A stretch of DNA of 64,000 nucleotides, taken from assembly GCA_021159015.1 (NCBI GenBank), contig JAGGSQ010000069.1, positions 1,332-65,331 on the forward strand, read 5' to 3'. This stretch comes from Candidatus Omnitrophota bacterium. Lineage in GTDB: Bacteria; Omnitrophota; Gorgyraeia; Duberdicusellales; Duberdicusellaceae. Positions 55,087-63,992 of the stretch are shown here, in pieces. The notes beneath the pieces are model-generated. The model saw nothing but the letters and a program-made list of their open reading frames with translations, did no database searches and was not told the origin of the DNA. The number at the start of each line of letters is the position of its first letter. Within the stretch, counting starts at the first letter, position 1. Made by a program: the position numbers and the translations under genes.

Positions 55087-56125
55087 ATAACACCTTTTTC
55101 CACTGTGGCATACTGAAGGTAACTAGGTTTCTCTTGCCCAGTTTTTCCAAAGCACTGATAAACTTTTGTGCTTCAGGGTAAAGTTTCATACTATAATTAT
55201 CTGCTTCACTCTCCCAATGGCGCAAGAGTACGTTTCTCAGGGGCAAAGAAATTATAAAAAAGAAGGTGCCGTTTAAAACTAAAAGAGGCAGCGTAGTTAT
55301 ATGAGAGGGGGTAAGGGCCAAATGTAAACAGCTGTAACGGAAGGCGTAGGCAGTAAGAAAGAAAATGCAAAAAGAAACAGCTGCAGAAGCTAAAAAAATC
55401 TTCCACGCATGGCCATATTTTATATGCCCTAGTTCATGAGCAAAAACGGACTTGATTTCTTCTGGAGTTAACTCCTGGCATAAACTATCGGCAAGAGCCA
55501 GGTAGCGCCCCTTACCCCAACCTGCCACAAAGGCATTAAGCTTGGTAGTTTTTTGCGAGAAAATAACTTTGTATATGTCTTTTAACCTAACGCCGGCCTG
55601 AGAAGCTAACGCTAACAATTCACGCTTGAGCTCTCCTTCCTCCCAAGGCCTAAGGGGATAAAAAAGAGGGATAAGCACATAAGGGGCCAACTTAGTAAGT
55701 ATGAACATTAAAACTACCCAGAAACTCCAAGCCTCTAGCCACCACAACTCTGAGCGTGCCAAAAAGAAATAAATAACCTCAACCAAAACTACAAAGAGCA
55801 AAACGCTCAAGATGTAGCTTTTCACATAATCGACCATCCAGGCAGCAAGGTTCTGCCTCAAGAGACCAAATTTCTTCTCATAATAAAAACTCTCCGCCCC
55901 CTCGAGAGGCAAACTCACTATATAATAAGCACTCAGAAAAACAAAGGCATAAAGAAAGCGGATAAAAAATATATTTAGGCTCCCCTCGTGCAAAAAATCC
56001 CCCAGATCCTGAGCCAGATGGCTGAGGATAAAAAAAACGAGATAAGCAATAGATAAAATAAAGCGGGCGAGCAAAAATACATCTTTTCCTTTCTGATAAG
56101 AAAACGCCTTAGCGTTCCTTGCCAT
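55019..56125 (-). CDS. M48-family (HtpX/Ste24-like) integral-membrane zinc metalloprotease
   Basis: Multi-TM N-terminus, AHELGHIKYGH (HEXXH) and a downstream ESEADNYS glutamate. 368 aa. Confidence 0.8.
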   Translation of the reverse strand: MARNAKAFSYQKGKDVFLLARFILSIAYLVFFILSHLAQDLGDFLHEGSLNIFFIRFLYAFVFLSAYYIVSLPLEGAESFYYEKKFGLLRQNLAAWMVDYVKSYILSVLLFVVLVEVIYFFLARSELWWLEAWSFWVVLMFILTKLAPYVLIPLFYPLRPWEEGELKRELLALASQAGVRLKDIYKVIFSQKTTKLNAFVAGWGKGRYLALADSLCQELTPEEIKSVFAHELGHIKYGHAWKIFLASAAVSFCIFFLTAYAFRYSCLHLALTPSHITTLPLLVLNGTFFFIISLPLRNVLLRHWESEADNYSMKLYPEAQKFISALEKLGKRNLVTFSMPQWKKVLFATHPPLAERIRKIYRYVASQN

Positions 56126-56507
56126 TTCTCTTAACTATACTCCTAACAAATCTTTGGAAACGCCGGTCGCGGCGTAAGTTTTCCAAGTCTGCATCGGCAT
56201 AGGCATAGTTAAAATCCCGATACCCCAGCTTAACTGCTTTTTTAAAAGCCGCCAAGGCCGCCTCAATTCTGCCCAGTAGAGAATAACTGCAAGCTAAATT
56301 ATAAAATACTACCGGATCATAGGGGCGGAGATGGCAAAGCTTTTTATCTACTACTAAACCTTCCTCCCAGAACCCCGCCCTGGTATAGGCGTCGCCCAAA
56401 CATACCAAGGCTTGATAGAAATTAGGAGACTCTTTTACAATATTCTCATAAAATTTAATCTCGCGGCTTTTGCGCCGCCGATAATTTAAAAGCGGCCTTC
56501 TTTTCAC
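56109..56507 (-). CDS. TPR-repeat protein
   Basis: Three TPR-like units (ALVCLGDAYTRAGFWEEG...). 132 aa. Confidence 0.7.
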   Translation of the reverse strand: MKRRPLLNYRRRKSREIKFYENIVKESPNFYQALVCLGDAYTRAGFWEEGLVVDKKLCHLRPYDPVVFYNLACSYSLLGRIEAALAAFKKAVKLGYRDFNYAYADADLENLRRDRRFQRFVRSIVKRNGKER

Positions 56508-58846
56508 TTAAATTTCTCCAGGATAATCTGTTGTTTTAAAATCTGAAGAGCCTTGGCTACCGCGGCTTTAAACTGAGGATAACCCGCCGCGCTAACTTCC
56601 CATCTCTTAATATGCAATAATTGCTTAAAAATTATATCTTTTGCTCCCCCGCGACGATAGTTAAGACATAAGTCAAACCATTCTGTATCCAGCTTCAAAT
56701 CATCAGGTAAATACTCAGGCCGGAAATGGTTTCCTAAATGTATTTCTGCCTCTAAATTTACCTGGGAGAGCCCGCCTAAATCCAGAGGAAAATTGCGCTT
56801 GTCTTTTGCAATCAGGGAAGCCTGAAGAGGAGTCTGGGTGAGTACAGGTAAAATACGTAACTGCTTTGCCTTACTTAAGAAGGAGTAAGCTATAAATTCA
56901 TAGCTAAGGATAGGAGGATTGCGCAAAGAGTCCTTGTTGAGAATCTTCCACTTAACCAGCTTTGATAAAGCAGAAAAGTTCCTCATTTTTTCTTTGACAT
57001 CTTGCTCGATAAGTGAAGGAGGAGTAAATCGGAAGTAATATCGTTGACCGGCAGCGTAAAATCCCTCTGCAGCAATTTCTCTTCTTATGTAAACATTGTC
57101 ATCTGCCTTAATATCTATGTGCATTTTTATGTCCAAACGATTCTGCTTTTGGTAAGGGATGCGTAGAAGCTGCGGACTTTGAGAAGTAAATACCAGAACT
57201 TCTCTTCCCTGATCTGCCAAGGGTACATCACCAAAAGACACTACAAAAGAAGTGGGGTCCATAAAAATAATCCGCTGGTCTATTTTTACCGCAGCAATAG
57301 CATGATTGAAATAAAGGGCCGGAAATTCTTTATCCAAATTAAAGACATCCTTAGTAGGTACCAGTACCGGCCATGCTTCAAGTTTTGCCAAACGCAACAG
57401 AGCTACTAAAAGAATGGCTTGATCTTTGCAATCACCGTAGCGGTTAAAAAATACTTCTGCCGCCTTATGAGGTTCATAACCGCCTTCTCCGTATTCCACC
57501 CCTACATATCTTATCTTGGTAGCGCAAAATTCATATATACGGCGGGCTTTCTCATAGCTACTTTTTGCGCCCTGCAGGAGATGAGATAAAAAATTCTTCA
57601 TAGATATAGAAGGCGAAAGTTTATCCTGGTAGAGACTGTCCCACCACTTATAAATATCATCCCACGCATCAAAGGTAGAAATAACAATAGCGGGATTAAC
57701 AAATGAAGTTGGCACCATGTTGCTCTCAGGAATAATCTGGGGGATATTCTCAAAGCTCCACCTATACACATCAACCCCCTCCTGTTTATAGCGGTGCGGC
57801 TTAAGAGAAATACCCTGAGGTAAATATTTTCGATTAAGGATGTGGAAGTTTACTCTTCTATTCTGAGGCACTTCAAGAGTAAACGTAGCCTTCAAAATAG
57901 GAAAATCTTCCTCTAGGGGATAAGTAAAAGAGAAATCTTCTCCGCGGATAAGTTTAGAGCGGTAAATTTTGGCCCGATACTCAATAATAGAACCCTGAGA
58001 TATTTGAGGAAAGGAAATAATTCTTACCCGCACATTACTATAAAGGGGGAACCCCAAATATTTTGACACATCCCTAATATTTTCCTTACCTACATATACC
58101 ACGCGTCCATCTGGCCTAATAACTCTGGCTTGCTCTATCTCTATACGTTCATAGGTAGAATCATAACTTAAATGTAGCTCCGCCCAGCGTTCTTTACCTT
58201 TATCATTAAGTATTTTTACTATCATATGACTGTGGTCAATTTCGGCGTTCTTTCCTTTTATCTGCACACTCTCTTCGGAAAGCAAAACCACAGAGTCAGC
58301 ATCAGGAAAATCCTGCGGCTGAGGAGCACTCTTTACTAAGCGTAAAAGGCTTTTCGGTAACTTCTCCTTTTTCAGAACTGAAACCAACGCCTTCAAGCGG
58401 CGTTGGGCGTCTTGATAGTAAGGAGGCTGTTTTATCTGTTGGTAGAGTTTTGCTGCTTCGGAAAAGAGATTCTTTTCTTCCAGCGTAAGCCCATAGAGAT
58501 AAAGATACTCATTATCCGCAAAATACTCCACCCTATTAAACAACTCCAATGCCTGGGTATAATCTTTCCGTCTGGCTAAAGCCATAGCCCGCAGGCTCAA
58601 AGCTCTCTTAGAGCTTAATCCTGCCAGCACATTTATGGTATCCTGCCAGCGGCGCTGAGAATAGTAAAAACGAGCCAGCTCAATTTTAAGGCCTGCCTTG
58701 TCCGGGTGGCGGCGGATTAATTCTAAATAAGCCTGCTCTGATTTTTTAAGAAAATACTCACCCGTCTGACGATAAGAGCGGGCATCCTTTAGCAGAACAA
58801 AACCCATTAGTGGCAAAAGGAAAAATATCCAGCTATTTTTTCTCAT
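56504..58846 (-). CDS. TPR + DUF3857-like + transglutaminase-like cysteine protease domain protein
   Basis: N-terminal signal and TPR repeats. YGDCKDQAILLVALLRLAKLEAWPV is the transglutaminase-core Cys motif. 780 aa. Confidence 0.75.
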   Translation of the reverse strand: MRKNSWIFFLLPLMGFVLLKDARSYRQTGEYFLKKSEQAYLELIRRHPDKAGLKIELARFYYSQRRWQDTINVLAGLSSKRALSLRAMALARRKDYTQALELFNRVEYFADNEYLYLYGLTLEEKNLFSEAAKLYQQIKQPPYYQDAQRRLKALVSVLKKEKLPKSLLRLVKSAPQPQDFPDADSVVLLSEESVQIKGKNAEIDHSHMIVKILNDKGKERWAELHLSYDSTYERIEIEQARVIRPDGRVVYVGKENIRDVSKYLGFPLYSNVRVRIISFPQISQGSIIEYRAKIYRSKLIRGEDFSFTYPLEEDFPILKATFTLEVPQNRRVNFHILNRKYLPQGISLKPHRYKQEGVDVYRWSFENIPQIIPESNMVPTSFVNPAIVISTFDAWDDIYKWWDSLYQDKLSPSISMKNFLSHLLQGAKSSYEKARRIYEFCATKIRYVGVEYGEGGYEPHKAAEVFFNRYGDCKDQAILLVALLRLAKLEAWPVLVPTKDVFNLDKEFPALYFNHAIAAVKIDQRIIFMDPTSFVVSFGDVPLADQGREVLVFTSQSPQLLRIPYQKQNRLDIKMHIDIKADDNVYIRREIAAEGFYAAGQRYYFRFTPPSLIEQDVKEKMRNFSALSKLVKWKILNKDSLRNPPILSYEFIAYSFLSKAKQLRILPVLTQTPLQASLIAKDKRNFPLDLGGLSQVNLEAEIHLGNHFRPEYLPDDLKLDTEWFDLCLNYRRGGAKDIIFKQLLHIKRWEVSAAGYPQFKAAVAKALQILKQQIILEKFK

Positions 58847-59050
58847 ATAATACTAAATCAACTTCTCTGGTGTTTCTCTCCCCCCGCATGCCTCTTCTTA
58901 CTCCGCATCTGGCAGCCTGAGGGGTTAAACCTGAGACCTCTTTCTCTCGCATCTCCTCTAGAGAATCTATTCCCTTAACCCTCACCATAGTGTCTCTTAA
59001 CTGAGTGGCTGCAGACAAACTAAAATATCCGCACCCCGCGTAACCAAAAT

Positions 59051-59071
59051 TGTCCACCCGCCGGGTGGACA
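59051..59071 (-). terminator. candidate terminator hairpin downstream of the aminotransferase gene
   Basis: TGTCCACC-CGCCG-GGTGGACA gives an 8-bp GC-rich stem. On the minus strand it is followed by AATTTTGG. The T-tract is short. Confidence 0.35.
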
Positions 59072-59101
59072 AAAGGGCTTTTAGTTTTATCAATTTTTCT
59101 C

Positions 59102-60274
59102 TCATCTGCTTTTATTGGCTGCGGCGAGAAAATCTTTTATGCGGCTTATGGCTGTTTTTAATTCTTCCAAAGGAGAAGCAAAGGAAATACGCACAAAATT
59201 CTTATATTCTGCCCCAAAAGCCTCTCCCGGTACGACGGCCACCTTCTTCTGGTAAAGAAGCCGGCTGGCAAACTCCAGCGATTCCATACGGGCTGCCTTT
59301 ATAGAACTAAAACAATAAAATGCTCCTTGAGGCATAGGGGTAGTAAGACCTAGCTCATTAAGAGATTTGACAATAAAGTCGCGGCGGCGGCGATATTCTC
59401 TCACCATAAGATGCGCTTCTGTCTCGGAAACAAGCGCTTCGCTAGCCGCAATCTGAGAAACAATCGGTGCGCAGAGCATAGTAAAAGAGTGAATTTTAGT
59501 CATAGCGGAAATTATTTCTTCTGGCCCGCAGGCGAATCCCAGCCGGAAACCGGTCATGGCAAAATTTTTAGAAAATCCTCCTAAATAAATTGTATGTTTT
59601 TTAGCTCCCCTCAAGGAAGCAAAAGGAGTATGAGGAAAATCGTAACTAATTAAGTCGTATATCTCATCGCTCACTATGTAGATATCGCTACGGCGCAGCA
59701 GGCTCCACAACTCGCGCAGCTGCGGCCTCGTGAAAGAGATGCCGGTAGGATTATTGGGATAATTAAGAATAATTAATTTGGGTCTCTGGACCAGGAGTTT
59801 TTCCAGCTGTTCCATGTCAATCTGAAAATTGTCTTTATCAGAACAAAAAAGCGGCAATATCTCTCCCCCCGCTAAACTAACTACCGCCGGATAGGCTACA
59901 TAAGCGGGATAAGACACAATGGCTCTCTCGCGCTCTTCTAAAAGTACCCGGCAGGCCAAATCTAAACCTTCGCTTACTCCTGCCGTAATTAGAATCTCCT
60001 TTTCGGGGTTGTAAACTAAATTGTATTTGCGCTTGAGGAAACGGCTCAAGGCGCGACGTAGAGAAAGCAAACCTTTATTAGAAGTATAAGAAGTATAACC
60101 TTCCTCCAGGGCGAATATGGCCTTCTCTCTTATTTTCCAAGGCGTAACAAAATCCGGCTCGCCTACCCCCAGAGAAATTACCTCCTTCATGCCTAAGACT
60201 AAATCAAAAAACTTACGGATGCCAGAAGGAGCCAAATTGTTAACTCTTCGGTTCAATTTCATTTTAATAAGCAA
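59102..60274 (-). CDS. pyridoxal-phosphate-dependent aminotransferase, class I (aspartate/aromatic type)
   Basis: GFSKNFAMTGFRLGF PLP-lysine region and an N-terminal LAPSGIRKF substrate motif. 390 aa. Confidence 0.85.
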   Translation of the reverse strand: MLIKMKLNRRVNNLAPSGIRKFFDLVLGMKEVISLGVGEPDFVTPWKIREKAIFALEEGYTSYTSNKGLLSLRRALSRFLKRKYNLVYNPEKEILITAGVSEGLDLACRVLLEERERAIVSYPAYVAYPAVVSLAGGEILPLFCSDKDNFQIDMEQLEKLLVQRPKLIILNYPNNPTGISFTRPQLRELWSLLRRSDIYIVSDEIYDLISYDFPHTPFASLRGAKKHTIYLGGFSKNFAMTGFRLGFACGPEEIISAMTKIHSFTMLCAPIVSQIAASEALVSETEAHLMVREYRRRRDFIVKSLNELGLTTPMPQGAFYCFSSIKAARMESLEFASRLLYQKKVAVVPGEAFGAEYKNFVRISFASPLEELKTAISRIKDFLAAANKSR

Positions 60275-60749
60275 TGCTTAGCCTTCTTTTGCCTTTGGTC
60301 TTTTCAAAAATAACTCCGTCTTCTTTGTATTTCTTGAGAAGAAAATGAGTAGTAGTACCCCGGACTGAATTTAAAGGCGCCAGTTTCTCAGCCACAAAGT
60401 TAGCTACCGTTTGAATATCCTTCCCCTCTACCACTAAAAGCAAATCAAAAGTTCCTGAAACCAAATAGCAAGTCTTCACCTCTTCAAATTTATAAATCCG
60501 CTCCGCGATATAATCAAACCCTAAGTCTTTTTGGGGTGTAATTTTTACCTCGATTAAGGCAAGAACTTTGTCTTTTTCTTCTCTGAGTTTGTTTTTATTA
60601 ATGAGAGTTTTATATTTGAGGATAATTCCTTTCTTTTCATACTTTTTGATGCGACTGGCTACTTCTTTTTGACTGCGACCTGTAACTTTGGCTAGGTCTT
60701 CTAAAGATATACGCGCATTGTTTTCTAATAACTCTAACAGCTCATCCAT
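60264..60749 (-). CDS. Lrp/AsnC-family transcriptional regulator
   Basis: N-terminal HTH (LENNARISLEDLAKVTGRSQKEVASRIKK) and a C-terminal RAM/AsnC_trans_reg domain. Overlaps the aminotransferase start by 11 nt. Confidence 0.85.
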   Translation of the reverse strand: MDELLELLENNARISLEDLAKVTGRSQKEVASRIKKYEKKGIILKYKTLINKNKLREEKDKVLALIEVKITPQKDLGFDYIAERIYKFEEVKTCYLVSGTFDLLLVVEGKDIQTVANFVAEKLAPLNSVRGTTTHFLLKKYKEDGVIFEKTKGKRRLSIAY

Positions 60750-60838
60750 CTTTCCCCCTTTTGATTAATTAAAAGTTCTTTCCCAAATTATATATAAATT
60801 ATATAGGTATAGCAATATCTATTTACGAGCAGAAAAAG

Positions 60839-60913
60839 TAGCCCCAACGGGATTTGAACCCGTGTCTGATGGCTGAGAACCACCTGTCCTAGGCCGGGCT
60901 AGACGATGGGGCC
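60839..60913 (-). tRNA. tRNA-Glu (anticodon CUC)
   Basis: Reverse complement is GGCCCCATCGTCTAGCCCGGCCTAGGACAGGTGGTTCTCAGCCATCAGACACGGGTTCAAATCCCGTTGGGGCT. TCGTCTAG...AGGAC is the Glu-type D-arm. Anticodon loop TTCTCAG. Followed by CTTTTTCT. Confidence 0.75.
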
Positions 60914-60927
60914 ACAAGAAAAGACTT

Positions 60928-61009
60928 TGCCGGGAGAGGGATTTGAACCCTCACGCCTTGCGGCATACGCCCCTCAAACGTATGTGTCTGCCAATTCCAC
61001 CATCCCGGC
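60928..61009 (-). tRNA. tRNA-Leu (anticodon GAG), class II with a long variable arm
   Basis: Reverse complement is GCCGGGATGGTGGAATTGGCAGACACATACGTTTGAGGGGCGTATGCCGCAAGGCGTGAGGGTTCAAATCCCTCTCCCGGCA. 7-bp acceptor stem, anticodon loop TTGAGGG, a 14-nt variable arm and T-loop TTCAAAT. Confidence 0.75.
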
Positions 61010-61400
61010 AAAAGCGTCTCACTTGACACAGAACCCAATCTAAAACAACAACCTTTGTCTTTCTGCCGCAGAGTGTGGGCAGTTTAATAATATAAACCGC
61101 TTTGCGGTAAAACTGTCCAACATCCCGGCGACAACGTCTATCTTAAAACAAAACTAATCTAAAAGAACTGCGTTTATCTTACCGCTAAACAACGTGGGCA
61201 ATGTAATATAAAAGATTACTTTGTAATAACATTGTCCAACATCCCGGCGACAACGTCTATCTTAAAATAAGGTCCAAATTTAAAAGAGCAGCGTTTATCT
61301 TTTTTCCGCCAGACTTGCGGGCAGAAGAAATATACACCTGCTTCGCAGATACTTCTGTCCAACATCCCGGCAGCAACCTAATTCCCACGAAAAACACTTA
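61010..61400 (-). repeat. tandem array of ~120-bp repeat units, each reiterating the first ~16 nt of tRNA-Leu (GCCGGGATGTTGGACA) plus a short hairpin and a TATATT box
   Basis: CATCCCGGC recurs at 61001 (the true tRNA), 61121, 61240 and 61363. Units B and C share the 35-nt CTGTCCAACATCCCGGCGACAACGTCTATCTTAAAA. Each unit has its own hairpin (ACCGC-AAAG-GCGGT, ATTAC-AAAG-GTAAT or CTGC-GAA-GCAG) next to TATATT or TAATAT. None has a T-arm or anticodon arm. Confidence 0.6.
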
Positions 61401-61828
61401 TCCCAAAGAACACCTTAGCAGTGAGATAAATTATAGCATAAAACCTTTCTGCCGCAATTATTTTAAAGTCCAAAATTTTTTCTTAATCAGATAAAACAAT
61501 CTTTCTCATGACGCTTTTCTTCTCCCGCAATCTCTTTCACCTCTGCATCTAAATATGCTATGCGGGCTCTCCGTAAAGCTCAAACCAAATACCCGCCCCA
61601 AAATAAAAAGAAATAAACTTTAAGCCAGTTTGGTGTTACTTCTTTTCTCACATCAGCAAGTTTGTGTCAGAAACGATAATGGGCATATTCTTCCTCGGCA
61701 ATCTTAGCTAGAATAGCTTTGGTTTTTTGTCTTTTACCATCTCGCCCAACTTTCTATAAATAAAATGTTCGTCATCTCGTTGCGTTGAAAACGGCGCAAT
61801 TTCTCTAATAATTCTGGCCCGTTTTTGT

Positions 61829-62065
61829 TCATACGGCTTCCACCCGCTTAATCTGCGGCACTCTCTCCCGCAAGGCTTGCTCTACTACCATCTTCAAAGT
61901 AAACTCCCCCATAAAACAACTGCTGCAGGCTCCTCTAAGTCTCACTTTTACTTCTCCTTCTCCAGTTACCTCTACTAGCTCTAAATCTCCTCCATCCGCT
62001 ACTAAGTAAGGCTTTATTTCCTCAAGAGCCGCAGTAACCTTTTCTGGCAAACTTTTCTTTTCCAT
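61829..62065 (-). CDS. NifU-like (Nfu-type) Fe-S cluster carrier domain protein
   Basis: EEIKPYLVADGGDLELVEV...GACSSC matches the Nfu C-terminal domain with its CxxC. I placed the start at MEKKSLPEK (ATG 62065). Confidence 0.7.
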   Translation of the reverse strand: MEKKSLPEKVTAALEEIKPYLVADGGDLELVEVTGEGEVKVRLRGACSSCFMGEFTLKMVVEQALRERVPQIKRVEAV

Positions 62066-62081
62066 AAATAGGTTGCTTAAA

Positions 62082-63578
62082 CTATTCTTTATTTGCCCAG
62101 CGGCGCGCCGCAATAACTACGGCGAAAAAAAGAGTAAAAAGCAGCCAATCACGTCCTACCAGGATTAAAGTCAAGGGAGGATATTGACCATAAGGAGCGG
62201 AAAACTCCTTGATTAAGGCGTTGATAAAAAGTATCCCTAAAGTAAAAGGGATTATGGCTTTGATTGTCCAGTCCCAAAAAGAAGGAAGACTGGCCTGGGC
62301 TGCAGAATTTATATGCGAGCGTAACTTTTCAGCCCCCCAGAACCAACCCACTACCAATGCCTCTAATAGACCCGCTAAGACCAAGCCGTATTGGGTAAGG
62401 AAGTGGTCTACAATATCCAAAAGTAAAAGACCTGCTTGCGTAGCAAAAATAATACTGCCCAAAAAACCGCTTACCGCCAGCACTGAGACTACACTGCGGC
62501 GTCGGTAGTTAAACTTATCAATTACAGCTGAGGTAAATGCTTCCATAATGGAGATGGAAGAAGAAAGGCCGGCAATTACTAAGATACCAAAAAAAACCAC
62601 TCCAAATAAAGAAGCAAAGGCCGGCAACAAGCTTATGGCCTGAGGATAACTGACAAAAGCTAGCCCCACTGCCTGGGTCACCACCTTATCTATAGGTTGG
62701 TGTGACTGATAGGACATATACCCTAATATTGCAAACACTCCTAACCCCGCAAATATAGAAAAGAAGCAATTTACCAAACTAATAGAAGTAGCATCTTTAA
62801 GTATCTGGCTGCGGCGTGGTAGGTAAGAAGCATAAGCAATCATAATGCCAAAGCCTAAGCTCAATGTAAAAAATATCTGCGAAAAAGCATCTAACCATAC
62901 TCCTACCTGTTTCAACTTATCAAAGTCCGGCCGGAGATAAACCTCTAAACCTTCTCGGGCACCGGGAAGACGCAGGCTCCAAAATACCAAGAAGCCTGTA
63001 AGAATAAACAGTAGAGGCATAAAGATTTTATTAGCGCGTTCCAAGCCTTTCTCCACCCCCAAAAACACAATAAGCCAGTTGAGAAACCAAATAATACCTA
63101 AAGAAAAAAGAATCTGGGGACGAATATTACCCCAGTCAAAAGGACCTTTGCTTACCGCTAAAAACTGATGAAAAAAGAAGTGGTTGGGATTGTGGCCCCA
63201 ACTGAGATTAAAGGAAAAGTAAAAATAGTTCAGACACCAGGCAATCACTACCGAATAATAAAGCACAATACCGAACATAACAAAAATAACCTGCCACCAG
63301 CCTAACCATTCCCAATGTGGACTAATATCAGCAAAAGCAGCCGGAGCAGAGCCTCGCATTTTATGACCTAGGGATATCTCTAAAATCATAAGAGGTAGTC
63401 CCACCACTAACAGCGCGGTGAAATAGGGTATTAAAAACGCTCCTCCTCCATTCTTATAGCAAAGATAAGGAAAGCGCCAGATATTACCTAAGCCTACCGC
63501 GGAACCAATAGCCGCCAGAATAAACCCTATATGGGTACGCCATTGAGGTCGGTGGTGAGTTAGAAGCGTCTTAGGCAT
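62082..63578 (-). CDS. sodium-dependent transporter, NSS (neurotransmitter:sodium symporter) family
   Basis: GFILAAIGSAVGLGNIWRFPYLCYKNGGGAFLIPY is the NSS signature. About 12 TM, 498 aa. Confidence 0.85.
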   Translation of the reverse strand: MPKTLLTHHRPQWRTHIGFILAAIGSAVGLGNIWRFPYLCYKNGGGAFLIPYFTALLVVGLPLMILEISLGHKMRGSAPAAFADISPHWEWLGWWQVIFVMFGIVLYYSVVIAWCLNYFYFSFNLSWGHNPNHFFFHQFLAVSKGPFDWGNIRPQILFSLGIIWFLNWLIVFLGVEKGLERANKIFMPLLFILTGFLVFWSLRLPGAREGLEVYLRPDFDKLKQVGVWLDAFSQIFFTLSLGFGIMIAYASYLPRRSQILKDATSISLVNCFFSIFAGLGVFAILGYMSYQSHQPIDKVVTQAVGLAFVSYPQAISLLPAFASLFGVVFFGILVIAGLSSSISIMEAFTSAVIDKFNYRRRSVVSVLAVSGFLGSIIFATQAGLLLLDIVDHFLTQYGLVLAGLLEALVVGWFWGAEKLRSHINSAAQASLPSFWDWTIKAIIPFTLGILFINALIKEFSAPYGQYPPLTLILVGRDWLLFTLFFAVVIAARRWANKE

Positions 63579-63590
63579 AACGAAATAATT

Positions 63591-63992
63591 CTAACATTCT
63601 TTCAGTTGCAGGTAAATACTTTTGTGAACAAGTGTCTTGAAAGTAGCCTGACTTATTTTTTTCAGCAACTCTTCATTCCTTCTAGAGACACCTATAAACT
63701 CAGCCGGCACCTCTGCCTTCTGAGCACACAGAGCAAATACATACAATGTATTTCTGTCGCTGAAAGCTGCTTGATAGGAATGATGATTCCAGTCACTTCC
63801 CTCAAAAATTAATATTTCCTTATCTCCAAACTCCTGACCCAAAATCTCTTTTAATTTTTGCTTCAGAGACTCTGAGGGGGGAAAATATAACACTATTTCA
63901 ATAAAGCGCTGAGAGGCTTGAATTTTTTTAGCAACGGCCTCTTTCAATCCCTCTAAATCTACCGCGGGAGGCAAATCTAAAGAACCCCTCAT
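63591..63992 (-). CDS. hypothetical protein (the reading frame stays open to the window end, so it may extend beyond nt 64000)
   Basis: 133-aa ORF with no recognisable motifs. No in-frame stop between 63993 and 64000. Confidence 0.45.
   Translation of the reverse strand: MRGSLDLPPAVDLEGLKEAVAKKIQASQRFIEIVLYFPPSESLKQKLKEILGQEFGDKEILIFEGSDWNHHSYQAAFSDRNTLYVFALCAQKAEVPAEFIGVSRRNEELLKKISQATFKTLVHKSIYLQLKEC

Noticed and set aside
58833-59105. 90-aa Arg-rich ORF in the aminotransferase/transglutaminase spacer
   Set aside because: It overlaps both neighbouring genes, has no RBS, and its composition reflects local GC-rich palindromic DNA. I kept it only as a possible structured region.
61100-61400. 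Repeat units interpreted as additional tRNA genes
   Set aside because: Only the first ~16 nt of the acceptor and D-arm is present. No anticodon arm or T-arm (GTTCRANYC) follows in any unit.
61010-61440. Repeat array interpreted as CRISPR
   Set aside because: The period is ~120 bp with ~85-nt 'spacers' that are themselves similar to each other. Only two units share an exact 35-mer. It sits next to tRNAs and not cas genes.
62209-62508. ORF 62209..62508(+) antisense to the NSS transporter, and 63606..63812(+) antisense to the last gene
   Set aside because: Both are antisense overlaps of better-supported genes with no motifs.
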